Notes under the pieces: generated by a model | Told to the model about the DNA's origin: nothing | The model's input: only the letters and a program-made list of their open reading frames with translations | Database searches by the model: none | NCBI GenBank assembly: GCA_964547585.1 | Contig: CAZJOI010000001.1 | Location: 54,037 to 114,855, forward strand | DNA length: 60,819 bases | Source: an uncultured Bdellovibrionales bacterium | GTDB taxonomy: Bacteria; Patescibacteriota; Minisyncoccia; Moranbacterales; UBA2206 | Reading direction: 5' to 3' | Position numbers and translations under genes: made by a program | Part shown: piece by piece, positions 1 to 9,411 of the stretch | Position numbering within the stretch: the first letter of the stretch is position 1 | Layout: the number at the start of each line of letters is the position of its first letter

Positions 1-60
1 TTTTTAACATAACCTCATCTTCCTCTCATATATAGTTTATATTGTATATTTTAAAATGCT

Positions 61-792
61 ATGGCAAAAACAAACAACAAACTTATTACGATTTTCGAAG
101 AACACCCAGTAAGGCGACACTGGGACAGCAAGCAAGAAAAATGGTATTTCTCAGTGGTGGATATTATTGCAATTCTAACGGAAAGTGCTGACCCAAGAAA
201 TTATTGGAAAGTGCTCAAGAATCGTTTAAAGAAGGAAGAATCTGAGGTGGTTACAAAATGTAACCAACTGAAAATGATAGCCTCTGATGGCAAATTTTAT
301 CTTACTGATGCAGCGGACGTGGAAACTATTTTGCGTCTAGTTCAATCGGTACCATCGCCAAAAGCGGAACCATTGAAAATATGGCTAGCCAAAACCGGCT
401 ATGAAAGAATGCGAGAAACTGTCGATCCGGAATTGGCAGTTAGTCGCGGAAGAAAAACTTGGCAGATGATGGGAAGAAGCAAGAAATGGATTGAGCAAAG
501 AATGCTAAGTGTAGAAACGAGAAATAAACTGACCGATTATTGGTCCGAACATGGAATTTCAAAAAGAGAAGAATATGCCAGACTAACGAATATTATTCAT
601 CAGGAGTGGAGCGGACTTTCAGTAAAAAGTCATAAGAATTTGAAAAGATTGAGAGAACATAACTTACGCGATCATATGGATGAAGCAGAATTAATTTTTA
701 CAGCTTTGGCGGAACTTTCAACAAGGCGAATTTCCGAAGCAGAGAAGGCAGAGGGATATGATCCGAATAAATCTTGTGCAATAAAAGGTTGA
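61..792 (+). CDS. DinD-like DNA-damage-inducible protein with Bro-N/KilA-N-type N-terminal domain
   Basis: 243-aa ORF. The N-terminus (RRHWD..KWYFSVVDIIAILT..PRNYW) and the SPSPKAEP..KIWLA and NLRDHM segments resemble the DinD/Bro-N family from memory. Adjacent to lexA. Confidence 0.6.
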   Translation: MAKTNNKLITIFEEHPVRRHWDSKQEKWYFSVVDIIAILTESADPRNYWKVLKNRLKKEESEVVTKCNQLKMIASDGKFYLTDAADVETILRLVQSVPSPKAEPLKIWLAKTGYERMRETVDPELAVSRGRKTWQMMGRSKKWIEQRMLSVETRNKLTDYWSEHGISKREEYARLTNIIHQEWSGLSVKSHKNLKRLREHNLRDHMDEAELIFTALAELSTRRISEAEKAEGYDPNKSCAIKG

Positions 793-913
793 AGAATTTC
801 CGGAGAGGCAAGAAAAAAATTGGAAGAGCAAACCGGTAAAAAAATTGTAAATAATAAAAACTATTTAAAACCGAAGGGAGAATTTATAAAATTAAAAAAT
901 AATTTTTAAAAAT

Positions 914-948
914 CCCAGTTAAATATTTTCTTTCAGAAATTTAACGGG
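914..948. promoter_or_regulatory. inverted repeat upstream of lexA (candidate operator)
   Basis: CCCAGTTAAAT-N14-ATTTAACGGG ends about 14 nt before the lexA ATG. The role is inferred from position only. Confidence 0.25.
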
Positions 949-961
949 ATAAATAAAAAAA

Positions 962-1627
962 ATGGACAAACTAACGGCCAAACAAAATTTAATTCTCGAA
1001 ACAATCAGGGAAATGATTGAAAGAGAAAAAAAGAATCCGACTACCTATGGAGTACATAAGGATCTGCAAGAAAGAGGTGTGGAAGTCGGCAGTCTCAAGG
1101 GGACTGTTCAAGTCATTGAAGCTCTTGAGAAAAAAGATTTACTCAAAAGAGACAAAGACAGAAAAATATTTTTAGTCGAAAATGAAAGCTATGCCAATTG
1201 GGGTAATATTTTTTCCATTCCAATGTATGGCTTGGCCTCCTGCGGAGAAGCCTTGTCTTTCGCTGACAATAATGTGGATGGCTATCTGCAAATTTCCAAG
1301 AGTCTTTTTCGAGAAGTTAGTCCAGCCAAACTTTTTGCGGTCAAAGCCTTGGGCGATTCGATGGATAAGAATGAAATCAATGATGGAGATTATGTGGTTT
1401 TTGAAAAATGTGAACCGGGCTGTGATTTTGAAAAAAAGATTGTGGTAGCGGTTATTAATGGTATGGCCACGATCAAAAAATATCAAAAACTTCCGCACGG
1501 CATTATTGGACTTTTCCCTAATTCAACCAATCCCATGCATCAACCAATCTATTTGGATGAATCAGATACGATCTTGATCGCAGGAACATTCAAAAAAGTT
1601 CTGCCAGTAAAGTATGTAAGTTTATAA
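962..1627 (+). CDS. lexA: LexA-type repressor (wHTH plus S24 peptidase)
   Basis: 221-aa ORF. The N-terminal winged-helix-like region is followed by an S24 autopeptidase domain with the GDSM Ser motif and a downstream Lys (ATIKKY). Confidence 0.8.
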   Translation: MDKLTAKQNLILETIREMIEREKKNPTTYGVHKDLQERGVEVGSLKGTVQVIEALEKKDLLKRDKDRKIFLVENESYANWGNIFSIPMYGLASCGEALSFADNNVDGYLQISKSLFREVSPAKLFAVKALGDSMDKNEINDGDYVVFEKCEPGCDFEKKIVVAVINGMATIKKYQKLPHGIIGLFPNSTNPMHQPIYLDESDTILIAGTFKKVLPVKYVSL

Positions 1628-1711
1628 ATTAAATATTGTTTGTTGCTTTGAAGAAAAATTGACTTGGTATATGATTGTTATATATGATGATGGAGTATTT
1701 ACTAAAACGTT

Positions 1712-2462
1712 ATGGAAAAGAAAAAGATTGTTATTGTTCTGCCAGCCTATAATGCCAGTGAAACACTGGAGAAAACCATTGAATTCTTACCAAAGGATTT
1801 GGATGCGGAAATAATTTTAGTTGATGATAATAGCAAAGACAATACATCTAAAATCGCAGAGAGGCTCAGAATAACCACCATAAAACATGAAAAAAAATGT
1901 TGGATATGGTGGCAATCAAAAAACATGTTATCGAGAAGCATTGAGAATGGGTGCAGACATTGTCGTTATGCTTCATCCGGATGGGCAATATGACCCAAGA
2001 ATGGTGAAGGGTCTTCTTATGCCATTGGAGCTTGGTATTTGTGATGTTGTGCTTGGAAATAGAATAAGATCAAGAAAAGAAACTTTGAAAAATGGAATGC
2101 CGCTTATTAAATATGTTTTGAATAGATTTCTTACGTTAATGCAAAATATTATCCTCAGCCAAAATCTGGGGGAGTTTCTAACTGGCTATAGGGCTTATAA
2201 AAGAGAGGTTTTGGAAGTAGTTGATTTTAATGTTTTTTCTGATGATTTCGTTTTCGACTCTGAATTTTTAATAGCGGCTATTTATCATGACTTCCGCATA
2301 GGTGATGTTCCAGTTCCGACAATCTATAATCAAAATTCTTCTCAGATTAAATTCGCAAAGGGAGCAAAATATGTCCTAGAAACATTTTTAGTTTTAATAA
2401 AATATTTTTTTCAAAAAATAAATATTTTTAAATTTAGAATTTTTAGAAAACGCTTTATCTGA
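1712..2462 (+). pseudogene. family-2 glycosyltransferase interrupted by a +1 frameshift in an A8 run
   Basis: ORFs 1712-1993 and 1887-2462 together read as one GT2 (IVLPAYNA..LVDDNSKD.. then NVGYGGN..HPDGQYDP). The frames join if the A8 run at 1890-1897 is read as A7. Confidence 0.7.
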
Positions 2463-2466
2463 CTCT

Positions 2467-3381
2467 ATGCTTTGTATTCATGAGAGAACAAAAAACATTT
2501 TGGAAGCGGATGACTTTTTCCTTTTGGAATGTCTTTCTTGTCGGTTGATTTTCTTGCAGAAAAAAAATGAACCAAATTCAGATCAAAATATCTATACGAA
2601 TTATTACAAAGAAGAAACAGGAGAAAGATTTGAGAACATAGTTGAATTTGTGGTCAAAGTTTTCCGGTTCTGGCGAGCTTTGAAAATCTTTCTTTTGAAT
2701 CCGAAAGGCAAAAAAATTCTGGATATTGGAAGCGGCAGGGGATGGATGCTTTATTTTTTGAAAAAATATTTTAAATATAATGTTGCTGTTGGTACTCAAA
2801 TTTCCGAAAATGCCTACAGATTTTCAAGAGATAAGCTTGGATTGGAAATTTACAACAAAGATTTGCTTGATTTGGAATTAAACAGTGCTAAATTTGATAT
2901 CATTACTCTTTGGCATGTTCTGGAGCATGTTCCAGCGCCGGAAGCCTACATTCAAAGAATAAGCGAACTATTGGAAAATGATGGCCTAATTCTGATTGAA
3001 GTTCCTAATTTTAATTCTTGGTCCAGAATATTGTCAAAAAAACGCTGGCTGGCCATGGACCCAGCGCATCATGTGACTTTTTTTACTCCAGATTCATTAG
3101 GCGATCTTCTGGAAAAATATAATTTTAAAATTAAAAAAATAAATACTTTTTCATTGGAATACTCTGCTTTTACTTCAACGCAAAGCCTGCTTAATCTTAT
3201 GGTTGGAACAAATAATTATTTTTTTCAGTGGCTTCAGAACGGAAGAATTAATTTTAAAATAATTTTTCACTTGTTGCTGTTTATAGTTTTGTTTCCTGGG
3301 TGTTTTATTTTTAATTCGGCACTATATTTTTCCCGTAAGGGAGAAATAATAAATATTATTGCAGAAAAGAATGTCAGATAA
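2467..3381 (+). CDS. class I SAM-dependent methyltransferase
   Basis: 304 aa. Motif I is ILDIGSGRGW, followed by FDIITLWHVLEHV and LIEVPN, typical of Methyltransf_11/23-like enzymes. Confidence 0.75.
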   Translation: MLCIHERTKNILEADDFFLLECLSCRLIFLQKKNEPNSDQNIYTNYYKEETGERFENIVEFVVKVFRFWRALKIFLLNPKGKKILDIGSGRGWMLYFLKKYFKYNVAVGTQISENAYRFSRDKLGLEIYNKDLLDLELNSAKFDIITLWHVLEHVPAPEAYIQRISELLENDGLILIEVPNFNSWSRILSKKRWLAMDPAHHVTFFTPDSLGDLLEKYNFKIKKINTFSLEYSAFTSTQSLLNLMVGTNNYFFQWLQNGRINFKIIFHLLLFIVLFPGCFIFNSALYFSRKGEIINIIAEKNVR

Positions 3382-5119
3382 TTGGAAAAATTTTTTTAAA
3401 AAAGAAACTTTTCTGGTTGGCAGACGGCCGTTTTTTTGGATTGCAGGTGTTATTTTTATTGTTTTTTTGCCAACTCTGTTTTATAGCATTGTTTATTTGG
3501 ATGACAATGTCTTGGCAGTTGGGCACTATCAATTTAATAGGCACTTAATAAATATTTTTCAAGCTTTTGGTGAAGATATATTCCGAAGCGTGCAAGGCGG
3601 GGGTTCTTTTTATCGTCCAATTTTAAGGTGGACATTTATATTTGACGCGCAGTTTGGGGAGGGGTTAGTGATATTTATGTCACATCTCACGAACATGATT
3701 TTGCATATAATTTCTATATGTTTGCTTTTTTATCTGCTTCTAAAATTTGAAATTAAGAAAGGTACAGCTCTGCTGCTTTCTCTGATTTTTGCTGTTCATC
3801 CGTTGACTTCTCAGACCGTGGCATTCATAGCAGGAAGAAATGACTCGCTGCTAGCTATTTTTGTTTTTCCTTCATTGATTTTTTTTCTAGATTTTTTGAA
3901 AAATAATGACAGAAGGAAATATGTTTGGCATTTGATATTTCTTACGTTAGCTTTGTTCACCAAGGAAACAGCCGTTATTTTGCCGGCACTGTGTTTTGTT
4001 TACGCAATTGTTTTTATCGGTGCAAGGAAAATTATAGTTGATTGGAAAAAATATGCATTTATTTTAACTGGATGGTTGATGATTTTAGTTTTTTGGTTTG
4101 CTGTGAGACGTGGAGTCTTAGAAAATTTTATAGGTAATGCGGACTACAATATTTTTAAAGCCATCTTTAATAATTTTCCTTCCATTTTACCTGCAATCGG
4201 AAAAATAATCCTTCCTTTTGGTCTGTCGGTTTTCCCGGTTCTAAGGGATATGTCATTTTTCTATGGAATTGTTTCTTTGATATTTTTGGCTTGTTGGTTT
4301 TTGTTGTCTCAAAAAAAGAATTATAAGTTGATAATGTTTGGGTTTTCTTGGTTTTTGCTTTTTATCTTACTCACTCTCATAAAACCAATGGATGCTGTAC
4401 CGGATTTTTCTGAAAATAGAATTTATCTTCCCATGTTTGGTTTTATATTTGTTATTTTGGGGTTAGGGGAAATCAGGCTTTTCCACAGAATTAAAGACGA
4501 GTTGTTCAGAAAAAAAATGTTGTTAGTCATGGCTGTGAGTCTGATAGTTATTTTTTCTTGTGTAACAATTTATCGGAATCAATATTACAAAGATAAGATG
4601 AGCTTTTGGGAGAATGCCGTGAAGACATCTCCTAGTTTTGCTTTTAATCACAATAATTTCGGAGCGATGAAATATTTGGATAAAAAACTTGATTTAGCAG
4701 AGATGGAATTCAGAAAGGCGCTAGAGCTTAATCCTAATGAAAAAATGGCGCATAATAATCTCGGTCTTATATATATGGATCAAGGCGATTATATGAGAGC
4801 AGAAGCGGAGTTTGAAATGGAATTAAAAATCAATCCATATTACGACAATTGTTATGCCAATCGCGGACTCTTGTATTACAAGATGGGTAAAATGGATCAG
4901 GCGATAGTCGATTGGAAAAAGACATTGGAAATAAATCCAAATTATAACAGCGTCTTGCATAATTTGGCGGTCTATTATTATGAACAGAAAAATTTTTCAG
5001 AAGCCATTTTTTATGCTCAGGAAATAGTTGATCGCGGATTTCCCTTACAACTCGAACTTCAGAGATTATTGCAGCCGACAAGCTTTTTGCAATTGCCAGC
5101 TGTTAATTTAAAAAAATAA
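3371..5119 (+). CDS. multi-pass membrane glycosyltransferase-like protein (GT-C/PMT-like) with C-terminal TPR repeats
   Basis: About 400 aa of hydrophobic helices are followed by TPR-like repeats (LELNPNEKMAHNNLGLIY.., INPYYDNCYANRGLLY.., INPNYNSVLHNLAVYY). The TTG at 3359 is an alternative start. Confidence 0.6.
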   Translation: MSDNWKNFFKKETFLVGRRPFFWIAGVIFIVFLPTLFYSIVYLDDNVLAVGHYQFNRHLINIFQAFGEDIFRSVQGGGSFYRPILRWTFIFDAQFGEGLVIFMSHLTNMILHIISICLLFYLLLKFEIKKGTALLLSLIFAVHPLTSQTVAFIAGRNDSLLAIFVFPSLIFFLDFLKNNDRRKYVWHLIFLTLALFTKETAVILPALCFVYAIVFIGARKIIVDWKKYAFILTGWLMILVFWFAVRRGVLENFIGNADYNIFKAIFNNFPSILPAIGKIILPFGLSVFPVLRDMSFFYGIVSLIFLACWFLLSQKKNYKLIMFGFSWFLLFILLTLIKPMDAVPDFSENRIYLPMFGFIFVILGLGEIRLFHRIKDELFRKKMLLVMAVSLIVIFSCVTIYRNQYYKDKMSFWENAVKTSPSFAFNHNNFGAMKYLDKKLDLAEMEFRKALELNPNEKMAHNNLGLIYMDQGDYMRAEAEFEMELKINPYYDNCYANRGLLYYKMGKMDQAIVDWKKTLEINPNYNSVLHNLAVYYYEQKNFSEAIFYAQEIVDRGFPLQLELQRLLQPTSFLQLPAVNLKK

Positions 5120-5195
5120 TTTATGGGCTGTGGATAACTCAATATTTTGGCTTATAATCCGCTACTTGCAAAGTGCTTGGCGGATTTTTATATTG

Positions 5196-5231
5196 TGGTA
5201 TAATGTTATTACTATACACTATATATAGTAC
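5196..5231 (+). promoter_or_regulatory. extended -10 promoter (TGgTATAAT) followed by an NrdR box
   Basis: TGGTATAAT lies at 5196-5204. ACACTATATATAGTAC at 5216-5231 matches 14 of 16 positions of the NrdR-box palindrome acaCwAtATaTwGtgt. A right half-site, ATATTGTG, sits about 33 nt upstream. Confidence 0.55.
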
Positions 5232-5271
5232 ATATTAGTTATAAGCTCTATAAAATTTTGATTTAAAAAAT

Positions 5272-5724
5272 ATGAATTGTCCATTTTGTAATAACTCTGA
5301 AACTAAGGTGGTTGATTCCAGAGAAACGAATGAAGGCAAAATTACCCGGAGGAGGCGAGAATGCTTGAAATGTAATCTGCGCTTCAGCACCTATGAAGAA
5401 GTGGAGCTCTTAAATTTGACGGTGCTGAAAAAAGACGGAGCCAGAGTTGAATATGACAAGAGCAAAATTGAATTTGGTATTAGAAAGGCATTGGAAAAAA
5501 GACCAATCAATGATGAGAAGTTTTCTAAGCTGATGGGGGACATTGAATACGAAATCAGGAGCTTGGAAAAACTGGAAGTAAGCACCAGAGAAATTGGAAA
5601 AATCATTCTCAAAAAATTGAAAGATTTAGATGAAGTAGCCTATGTGCGATTCGCCAGTGTTTATAAGTCCTTTGGCAGTATCGAAAGCTTTAAAAAAGAA
5701 CTGGACATGCTAGATAAAGATTAG
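5272..5724 (+). CDS. nrdR: transcriptional repressor NrdR
   Basis: Zinc ribbon CPFC..CLKC, then an ATP-cone. Collinear with NrdR along its whole length. Confidence 0.9.
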   Translation: MNCPFCNNSETKVVDSRETNEGKITRRRRECLKCNLRFSTYEEVELLNLTVLKKDGARVEYDKSKIEFGIRKALEKRPINDEKFSKLMGDIEYEIRSLEKLEVSTREIGKIILKKLKDLDEVAYVRFASVYKSFGSIESFKKELDMLDKD

Positions 5725-5769
5725 TTGCGTAATTTTTTTAGTAATTAATAAGTTAACTTTTTGAAAAAC

Positions 5770-7998
5770 ATGGCAAAACAAAAAAAGAAAGAAAAGGGGA
5801 CAAGGAAAAAAGAGGGAAAAAAAGAAGTAAAGAAAACTTCGAGAAAAACAGTTTCGAAAAATAACATAACGAGAGTCATCAAAAGAAGCGGACAAATTGC
5901 AGCTTTTGATAAGCGCAAGGTTGTTAAGGCTGTGCAGAAAGCTTTGGAAGCGACTGGAGAAGGAACGCTGACAGATGCAAAAAAAGTTACTGAAAAAATT
6001 ATTCGTCTTTTAAATAAAAATTACAAAAAAGGCTATATTCCCCAAATTGAAGAAATTCAGGATTTGGTAGAAAGAGTTTTGATGATTTTGGATTTTGACG
6101 AAACAGCCAAGGCCTACATTCTTTATCGAGAGCAACACAGAAAAATCAGAGAGACCGAAGAATCATTGAAGGAGGCTGTTAATTTGGTAGATAAATATAT
6201 TCAAGAAATTGACTGGAAGGTTAAAGAAAATGCCAACATGGCCTATTCCTTACAAGGACTCAATAACTATATTTCTTCAGTTGTGAGTTCCAAATATTGG
6301 ATGAATCGGGTTTATTCCAAAGATATTCGTAATGCACATGAAGAAGGAGATTTTCATATTCATGACTTGCAATTGGTAGCGGCTTATTGCTGTGGTTGGG
6401 ATTTGCAAGATTTATTGCGCCGAGGCTTCACCGGTGTTTCCGGAAAAGTAGCCTGCAAACCGGCCAAGCACTTTGGTTCCGCCTTGGGACAAATGGTTAA
6501 TTTCATCTATACCTTGCAGGGAGAAGTGGCTGGCGCACAAGCTTTTTCAAATTTCGACACACTGCTAGCACCCTTTATTCGTTTCGACAAATTGAGCTAT
6601 GAAGAAGTAAAGCAGGGCATTCAGTCGTTTGTTTTTAATATGAATGTCTCGACTCGAGTTGGTTTTCAAACTCCTTTTTCCAATATTACTTTAGACATCA
6701 TGCCTCCCAAAACTTTGGCCAAAGAGGCGATTATCATTGGCGGAGTTTTACAAAAAGAAACTTATGGAGAATTTCAGGAAGAAATGAATATGATAAATCG
6801 TGCTTTTGCAGAAGTGATGAGTGAGGGCGATTCTAATGGCAGAATTTTTACTTTTCCTATTCCAACTTACAATATTGGAAAAAATTTCGACTGGGATGAT
6901 AAGCGATACGATTCAATTTGGGAGATGACGGCTAAATATGGCATTCCTTATTTTGCTAATTTTATTAATTCTGATATGGATCCGGAAGATGCACGTTCGA
7001 TGTGTTGTCGCCTCAGATTGGATAATCGCGAATTACACAAACGTGGTGGCGGACTTTTTGGTGCCAACCCAATGACTGGCTCAATCGGAGTAGTCACAAT
7101 TAACTTACCGCGCCTGGGTTATGTTTCCAGAAATAAAAAAGAATTTTTTCAAAAACTTGATCATTTGATGGACTTGGCGGAGGAAAGTTTGGAAACAAAA
7201 AGAAAACTGGTTGAAAGTCTGACTGAAAAAGGTCTCTATCCATACACAAAGTTTTATTTGGATTCTATTAAGGTGCGTCGTGGTAAATATTGGAATAATC
7301 ATTTTTCCACCATTGGAATTGTCGGAATGAATGAAGCGCTTCTCAATTTGATGGGAGTGAACATTACTACCAAGGCTGGACAAAAATTGTCAGAAGAAAT
7401 TTTGACTCATATGCGAGAAAGAATTATCCAATATCAAGAGGAAACTGGCAATCTGTTCAATCTGGAAGCCACTCCAGCTGAAGGTACATCATACCGCCTG
7501 GCCAGACTCGACAGAGAAAAATATTCCAAGATTATTTTTGCCAACGATGAAAAAGTTAAAAAAGATGGCGTGGAACCATATTACACAAATTCTTCGCAAC
7601 TGCCAGTTGGACACACGGATGACATTTTTGAGGCTTTGGATCTTCAGGAAAAAATGCAAACGAAATATACTGGCGGAACAGTTTTGCATGGATTTTTGGG
7701 AGAAAGAATCTATGACATTGAATCAACCAAAAGACTCATCCGCAAGATCGCTGAAAATTATTCTTTGCCATATTTTACCCTCACCCCAACTTTTAGCATT
7801 TGCCCAGTGCATGGTTATTTGTCCGGTGAACATTACACTTGTCCAAAATGCGTAGTTGAACAAAAAACAGAAGTTTATTCACGCGTAGTCGGTTATATTC
7901 GTCCAATCCAACAATGGAATGGAGGCAAGCAAGAAGAATTCAGAGATCGCAAGGAATTTGTGGTCAAACAAAAAACCAAAGAGAAAATCAAATTGTAA
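5770..7998 (+). CDS. nrdD: anaerobic ribonucleoside-triphosphate reductase (class III)
   Basis: Lys-rich N-terminus, ATP-cone, class III RNR core, a C-terminal Cys site CPVHG..CPKC and a glycyl-radical-type SRVVGYIRP. The ORF track starts at TTG 5761; the ATG at 5770 is preferred. Confidence 0.9.
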   Translation: MAKQKKKEKGTRKKEGKKEVKKTSRKTVSKNNITRVIKRSGQIAAFDKRKVVKAVQKALEATGEGTLTDAKKVTEKIIRLLNKNYKKGYIPQIEEIQDLVERVLMILDFDETAKAYILYREQHRKIRETEESLKEAVNLVDKYIQEIDWKVKENANMAYSLQGLNNYISSVVSSKYWMNRVYSKDIRNAHEEGDFHIHDLQLVAAYCCGWDLQDLLRRGFTGVSGKVACKPAKHFGSALGQMVNFIYTLQGEVAGAQAFSNFDTLLAPFIRFDKLSYEEVKQGIQSFVFNMNVSTRVGFQTPFSNITLDIMPPKTLAKEAIIIGGVLQKETYGEFQEEMNMINRAFAEVMSEGDSNGRIFTFPIPTYNIGKNFDWDDKRYDSIWEMTAKYGIPYFANFINSDMDPEDARSMCCRLRLDNRELHKRGGGLFGANPMTGSIGVVTINLPRLGYVSRNKKEFFQKLDHLMDLAEESLETKRKLVESLTEKGLYPYTKFYLDSIKVRRGKYWNNHFSTIGIVGMNEALLNLMGVNITTKAGQKLSEEILTHMRERIIQYQEETGNLFNLEATPAEGTSYRLARLDREKYSKIIFANDEKVKKDGVEPYYTNSSQLPVGHTDDIFEALDLQEKMQTKYTGGTVLHGFLGERIYDIESTKRLIRKIAENYSLPYFTLTPTFSICPVHGYLSGEHYTCPKCVVEQKTEVYSRVVGYIRPIQQWNGGKQEEFRDRKEFVVKQKTKEKIKL

Positions 7999-8020
7999 AA
8001 GACAAAAAAGATAGCGGGGC

Positions 8021-8057
8021 GACCTAATGAAAATTTAGGTCGTCCTAAATTTTCATT
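8021..8057 (+). promoter_or_regulatory. two mutually exclusive hairpins immediately upstream of the nrdG start
   Basis: GACCTAA(8021-8027) pairs with TTAGGTC(8035-8041). This competes with AATGAAAATTTAGG(8026-8039) pairing with CCTAAATTTTCATT(8044-8057), a perfect 14-bp helix that ends at the ATG at 8058. Confidence 0.4.
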
Positions 8058-8756
8058 ATGATTTTAGGCGGTTGGCAAAAATTAACGCTTATTGATTATC
8101 CAGGCAAAATAGCCATGACTGTTTTTACGGTCGGCTGTAATTTTCGTTGTCCATTCTGTCATAACCCAGGATTAGTTGTTGGTTCACAGTTCACAGTTCA
8201 CGGTAATCTAGAAAAGGATTTTTTTGATTTTCTCAAAAAAAGAAAAGGCAAGTTGGAAGGAGTTTGCATTACCGGAGGCGAACCAATTATTCAAAAAGAT
8301 CTCATTGATTTTATTAAAAAAATAAAAAAGCTGGGTTTCTCGGTTAAGCTGGATACAAACGGTGCTCGTCCAGATGTTTTGAAACAAATTATTGATCAGA
8401 AGTTGGTGGATTTTGTTGCGATGGATATTAAAAATTCTCTCAAAAAATATTCCGAAACTTCTGGCGTCAAAGTTGATACTGACAGAATAAAATTGAGCGT
8501 GGAGTTGATCAAGAACAGTGGTTTGCCCTATGAATTTCGCACTACGGTTGTGCCAGGTTTTCACACAGAAAAAGATTTTCTGGAAATTGCGGCTTGGCTT
8601 AAGGGTTCGAAAAAATATTTTCTGCAGGAATATCGCCCAGAAAAAACACTGGATGCCAAGATTGGAAAAATAACCAAGGGCAAAAAAATTGATCTGGAAA
8701 AAATCAAGAAGAAAATTAAAAAGAGCTTTGATTTCGTGGGCGTTCGCAGTCAATAA
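8058..8756 (+). CDS. nrdG: anaerobic RNR activating protein (radical SAM)
   Basis: CNFRCPFCHN cluster motif and GGEP, directly downstream of nrdD. Confidence 0.85.
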   Translation: MILGGWQKLTLIDYPGKIAMTVFTVGCNFRCPFCHNPGLVVGSQFTVHGNLEKDFFDFLKKRKGKLEGVCITGGEPIIQKDLIDFIKKIKKLGFSVKLDTNGARPDVLKQIIDQKLVDFVAMDIKNSLKKYSETSGVKVDTDRIKLSVELIKNSGLPYEFRTTVVPGFHTEKDFLEIAAWLKGSKKYFLQEYRPEKTLDAKIGKITKGKKIDLEKIKKKIKKSFDFVGVRSQ

Positions 8757-8774
8757 AAATTATGTGAAATTTTC

Positions 8775-8993
8775 ATGAGGATATATGTAAAAATCCATCC
8801 TAAGTCATCGCAGAGTAAAGTTCTAAAAACAGCGGAGAATGAATATGAAGTTTGGGTAACTGCGCCGCCGGTTGACAACGCAGCCAACGAGATGCTAATA
8901 CGTACACTAGCGGAATATTTTAATGTCTCAAAAAGTTCATTGACAATAGTGGGTGGCAAAACTGCCAGGACTAAAATGATTGATATTAAGTAA
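8775..8993 (+). CDS. DUF167 (YggU-like) protein
   Basis: 72 aa. I recall the pattern V.V.PKSS.....E....V.V.APP.DN.AN..L...LA..F.V.KS...I..G.T.R.K as DUF167. Confidence 0.65.
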   Translation: MRIYVKIHPKSSQSKVLKTAENEYEVWVTAPPVDNAANEMLIRTLAEYFNVSKSSLTIVGGKTARTKMIDIK

Positions 8994-9014
8994 AAAAAGG
9001 AAGGAGAGAATGTC

Positions 9015-9335
9015 ATGTATATTTTTCAGAAGAAGAGAAATGGAGAGGTTTTGGAGATCTATGGTCCTAATGTCCCACTGGATCAGATATATGGTCGACT
9101 TGTCGACGGACTTGGCATAGGTTCGGGATGCAACTTGTTTAACGTATTAATGAAGATTGCGAATTTTGAAGAAAATTTGCATGTTGCATGGATTGAAAGC
9201 GTTGATTCCGGACATATTTTTTTCCGGAAAAAAACAGAAAATGTCAACATTCTAGGGCGCTTGGTTATCGAGATAAACGGAGATCTGGTCAAGCCCGAAG
9301 AAGCAGTGATGCACATGAGAATATGGTTACTCTGA
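9015..9335 (+). CDS. hypothetical protein
   Basis: 106-aa ORF preceded by AAGGAGA 8 nt upstream. No recognisable motif. Confidence 0.4.
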   Translation: MYIFQKKRNGEVLEIYGPNVPLDQIYGRLVDGLGIGSGCNLFNVLMKIANFEENLHVAWIESVDSGHIFFRKKTENVNILGRLVIEINGDLVKPEEAVMHMRIWLL

Positions 9336-9358
9336 TAAATATCAAGATCTGTTGATAA

Positions 9359-9396
9359 AAGCTAGTGGGAAACTCTGTTCTCGCTAGCTTTTTTCG
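9359..9396 (+). terminator. rho-independent terminator
   Basis: AAGCTAGTG..CGCTAGCTT stem followed by a T-run. Confidence 0.6.
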
Positions 9397-9411
9397 TTAT
9401 ATAATTATTGC

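Noticed and set aside
1887-2462. ATG at 1887 as the start of an independent gene
   Set aside because: The ORF lacks the N-terminal half of the GT2 fold, which is encoded by the overlapping upstream ORF. The two halves join at an A8 run.
8208-8753. Long antisense or alternative-frame ORFs inside well-supported genes. Examples: 8208-8753(-), 9891-10370(-), 16495-17073(-), 17683-18138(-), 21440-22012(-), 48031-48474(-), 52723-53223(-), 55192-55731(-), 56674-57093(-), 58756-59205(-)
   Set aside because: Each lies wholly within a gene with clear family motifs on the other strand or frame. Their translations are low-complexity with no recognisable motifs. Such open frames are a typical AT-rich genome artefact.
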